A DNA stretch of 53,544 nt from Paraglomus brasilianum (taxonomy: Eukaryota). The notes under the pieces are model-generated. The model ran no database searches. It saw nothing but the letters and a program-made list of their open reading frames with translations, and had not been told where the DNA came from. The position numbers were made by a program, and so were the translations under genes. This document shows positions 49,533 through 53,544 of the stretch, piece after piece (the first letter of the stretch is position 1; the number at the start of each line of letters is the position of its first letter). The stretch lies in the NCBI GenBank assembly GCA_910592345.1, contig CAJVPI010000105.1, positions 1-53,544 on the forward strand. Reading direction: 5' to 3'.

Positions 49533-49959
49533 TAACCGTATTTGACTAACGGACATAATTTAATAAAGCACTGGGATGTAAGTATACATTTTTTTCATAC
49601 TCCGATACCCAAGGCCGTCGTACTATTTTCTCCAAGCATAAAGGTACGAATAAAATACTTTTTTTGGTTGTGGCTTACTAATTTCCGGATTTGCATGTTC
49701 TATTCATAACTGACTCTACCAGAATATCGTTGGGATATTGAGTCAGTATAGACGTTTACATAAGGTATGGTCTGTAGTAGTAGGCATTAGTATAGAAACG
49801 CCATATCACTTTGTAAACCAAGTCTATTACTATGTATCATCGACCCATATAATTTATTTTCTGTACGTACGTATCAATAATAAATCGTCTATCTGTGAAT
49901 AACAAAAAGATTATGACTGTCAATTTAGTATTTTATAAATATTAAAAACAATTAAACTC

Positions 49960-50720
49960 TTCTAGATGCATAACTCCTCTAAGTGCATACTTTTGTCTGT
50001 GGACTTATCTTTATTGCATACACCCTTTGAATGCATATTGCAATCGATTTTGATAAATCGTATATACAGTGTGTCAAAAAAATTTGTATACGTCAACAAA
50101 ACGCGTCTAGCATGCCCGTGACTCCAATAGTTTAAATACTTGGCGGCCACATGCTTTATAGTAATTGTCTTTAGTATAAGTTTTTGCAACACACGTGATT
50201 TCTTTTCAATGTTGTAGTTATATTCCCTACCCTGCAAACTTTGACTGAAATTGATATTAAATTATCATCTAAATTGTCTAAACACAAGATTAAATTTTGC
50301 AAACAGGGGAGGCTTGTTATAACTAGAAATCGACTCGGATCTATAGGCCGGACTAATGCAAGAGTGCAAGAGTAAGAGTATTGAGATTTGGGCAATGTTT
50401 AATTGCCAAACGAACGATTCTTTCTCGCACAGAACTAATATAATAATCAAACGGAAAATTTTTTTTCTTGCATTTTCTGTACAGTCGTTTTGCGGCGGAG
50501 AGAATTAAATGAATGTGGTTATAAGGTTAACTGACTGGCCGATTCTCCTCCTTGGATTTGATGAAAGGTTTGGCCCACAAGTATTGAAGAGCTACCACAC
50601 ACCAATTTTTGTTAACTAAAGTGCAAGAGTAGAGTGTAGCAGAATTATTTGCATACTCGTCAAGAATCATCGCAAGACATGTTTCAGAAACCGACTTGTG
50701 ACGTTTAACGCAGTAAAATG
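49960..50720 (-). pseudogene. F-box/LRR-like gene relic
   Basis: SETCLAMILDEYANNSATLYSCTLVNKNWCVVALQYLWAKPF matches the F-box-like LYSCxLVNxxWC..LW..PF motif. It is followed by frameshifted FPFDYY, KHCPNLNTLTL and PCLQNLIL segments with stops. Ends approximate. Confidence 0.65.
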
Positions 50721-51713
50721 TAATGTAATCCCCACCACCCAATGAATTTACTGCGTTGGCCAACAATATAATAGTGTGCCGCAAAAATGTAAACACGCCA
50801 CAAGCGGTTACAAACGATTGTTTGGATTAACAAATTATTCTTTTTTGGTAAGTAATGAAATTAGCCATGGGATATGTTTTTAAGGTAAACTAACAGGTGT
50901 GTAATGCATACGTGTTGAGGTATCAGTATTGTGTATGATAACAAGGTAAACAGATATTCCATTGTAAAAAAAAAACGCTTTTGAGTTACTAAATACGTTA
51001 GCTAAAAATTTTCCCATTCATGAGGATGCAAAATTCACTCGGTATTTAAGACTTAACCTAAGGTTAAGGTGGTGCTACCAGCCACTTGTCAACCAGATTT
51101 GGTCGGATCGTGTGAAATTAACAGATCTGCAGACATCAAGCTTTCGATTTAGTGAACTCAAAATAGCTTTGTGGTTGAGCATTACGCGTTCGCGTAAGTC
51201 GTCGGTAAGTTTCGAAGGACTACCATATTTTTCCTTGGCCTTATAGAGAATTTGATTAAGCGATAAACGGAATGATAAGACAGCAGTGTACTATTCACCG
51301 TCGCCATACTATTATTTATTGTTTATCGCCTGATGGGCTATCAAATAAGTTTGCACTTATTATACAATTTGACCTATCCTATGTGTGGTCTTTGTCGAAT
51401 GATTCAAACATACGACTTATGGTTTCTGACTGTACGCGCACAATTTGTCGAATGATTTGATGATCTAATATACGGCTTACGAAACAATGTTTAGAATTAG
51501 TCAACACTATACTATACGTACGCTTTGTCGAATGTTTCAATGACAATCATTGAATGAATCTTTCTGTGAGTGGTTGAAGATAATTTTAGCAGAATTCACA
51601 CTATTTTTCATAATCTTTCTTCGACATTGCAGGTTATGCAGTTTTTTGTAAATGAGAATAAACGTTATTCGATCAGATGTGTTATATGATTCTTCTTATG
51701 ACAGTGATACATA

Positions 51714-52182
51714 CAGTGGGTACCAAAAGTTTGTGAATCTTTGCGTGAATCAATAGTAAAACATATGAAAACAAAAACTTTTTTGAAACATTTCACTGTT
51801 GTATTTACAATATAAGTAGCAATGCTTTTTACATTGATTTGAAACAAATTGATTGCACTTTTTTGAAAAAAAAAAGATAAATAAAATACACTATTGTTAT
51901 AAAGCTGCAGTTTAATGAAGTGGGTAGTAGATAAACGCATATATGGTTTTATAGTTTTCTTATTGTAACTTATATAGTATCACTTTATTGAACTACAGCT
52001 TTATAACAGTAATATATTTTAATGAACTTTTCCCCTCCCCAAACAGTACAATCAATTTGCTTCAAATCAATGTAAAAAGCATTGCTACTTATATTGTAAA
52101 TACAGCAGTGAAATGTTTCAAAAAAGTTTTTGTTTTCATATGTTTTACTATTGATTTACGCACAGATTCACAAACTTTTACG
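51714..52182. mobile_element. Foldback/long-TIR Tc1-type MITE
   Basis: Starts TA|CAGTGGGTACCAAAAGTTTGTG. Inverted arms of ~200 bp (51725-~51930 vs ~51975-52179) are highly similar. The right tip is partly deleted. Confidence 0.75.
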
Positions 52183-52277
52183 TATGTGAGTGCGGTTTTT
52201 GGGGATTAGACAGAGTTTACATTGTGATATGATTACATATGACAGCAATAAAACATTATGAAGTATAGTTAACTGTC

Positions 52278-52676
52278 ATAATCGACAGTACAGTAATTGT
52301 TACGTGTCATTCAAGTGTATACAAACAATATAATATGAAGACGTAATACAAGTAGTAATACCACAAGTTACTTGCGCTTGTATAGATCATTTATTCTTTA
52401 TGCTAAAATTTACAGACGTTAAATAACATATATTTATAACAAACCCCCCAGTTGCTTAGGGTTGATATCGTAATGTCAATAAAATACTTTTACCTGATTG
52501 TCTTTACTATTCCAATCATGTCCATTCGGAATGGACATAGATTCCAATTCGACATAAATTCCCAACTGAATATATATGTAATGGCAAGAACTTGTGGTAT
52601 TACTACCTGCATAATGCCTTCATATTATATTGTTTATAAATACTTTAATCTTACCTCATACTGTACTGTCAATTAT
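52278..52676. mobile_element. Second long-TIR MITE-like element
   Basis: Inverted arms of ~100 bp: ATAATCGACAGTACAGTA..AAACAATATAATATGAAG..GTAGTAATACCACAAGTT vs AACTTGTGGTATTACTAC..CTTCATATTATATTGTTT..TACTGTACTGTCAATTAT. Confidence 0.65.
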
Positions 52677-53544
52677 TAGGGTGGCAATTTAAGTTATAAA
52701 TGATGGCAGCTTTGCGACAAGCGCATAGCAACTAGTCTTGCAACTACATCTAATCTTGGTTAAATTGACTAAGCTTTGAGCTGAAGCAGCTTTATACAAT
52801 GTTAGGTATGTCGCCCAACTCTGTAGAATGAATACCGGGTTCAAGGTTTTATTGCACTTGGATGGTGGCGATGCGAATTTAGCTATACGAAATTGTTTAG
52901 TTTGTTTTTCATGCTAATACCACTAAATAAGTTCATTGGTAAAAAAGCTTAGGAGGTGGCGGAGTGGGCGGAATCATATAATTTGATGTATCACAAATAT
53001 ATAGGCTTTCGAAAGTTCCGTTGTCGACGTATATGTATGCCGTTTGAATAGAATGATTTATTTGTATATTTATAGTTTATGCACAATTACATCAACCACA
53101 AATGTATAAAGAATTCATTCTCTGCGACATGATTGAATGCATGGCTTATAACATACAGGCTATTCCATCAGTTAATTGACAGTACTGGTGTCCCAACAAA
53201 CTGATGGCTTAACATGGCGATAGAACAAGCTGGACGAACTGTACATTCCAATCTGACATGAATTCCCAACTGACATACGACAGACTTTTGTCGAGAAAGA
53301 GAATAAAGGATGTACGAAACACATGTTACGGTGTGCGCGGTTACCCATTTTATGAATCGATCGCCAATAACGAATATCGCACAATGAAAGAAGCTTATCG
53401 TGATGGCATCTTTGTATCACCAGCGATATAACAATATAGCACAAGAAAGTAGGAAATGCTTCTTCAGAACGATGTCATCAGTCTTAGGGGCTCATGCAAC
53501 AATCGACAGTCTGATTCAGTCCTCCCTCGAAAGTGAACATAAAT

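Noticed and set aside
51665..52209. Two ORFs on opposite strands with nearly the same peptide (INLxQINVKSIATYIVNT..KCFKKVFVFICFTID)
   Set aside because: Artefact of the inverted arms of a MITE, not genes.
53172..53444. 90-aa minus-strand ORF near the window end
   Set aside because: Non-ATG start, no motif, nothing assignable.

Overview
Intron-containing, AT-rich eukaryotic DNA. Gene content suggests an early-diverging fungus (Mucoromycota, probably Glomeromycotina-like; inferred, not proven): expanded tyrosine-kinase-like (TKL) kinases with CxxC/WC-WTSG-LEWIP modules, beta-propeller plus TRP-like 6-TM channels, and an F-box/LRR relic. The first 18 kb is mirror-symmetric: TKL kinase relic(+), channel A(-), a spacer with a MITE and a SETD6/Rkm4-like pseudogene, channel B(+), and a repeat-N-lobe pseudokinase(-). 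Further on are a SNAPC5/SNAP19-like small gene, a GH31 alpha-glucosidase, a tandem pair of orphan pseudogenes, PMP3, an apparently active repeat-N-lobe TKL kinase, ERG28 and an ERD1-like EXS protein. Many transposon relics are interspersed (Tc1/mariner, pogo-like, Sola1-like, candidate solo LTRs, long-TIR MITEs). Most notable: the kinase-channel pairing, kinases built from tandem phase-0 exons encoding N-lobe-only units, the SNAPC5-like gene, a MITE with TTAGGG repeats in a hairpin loop, and two opposite cytosine-loss signatures in nested TE relics. Exon boundaries were read by eye from GT..AG sites and frame continuity. No database searches were run.
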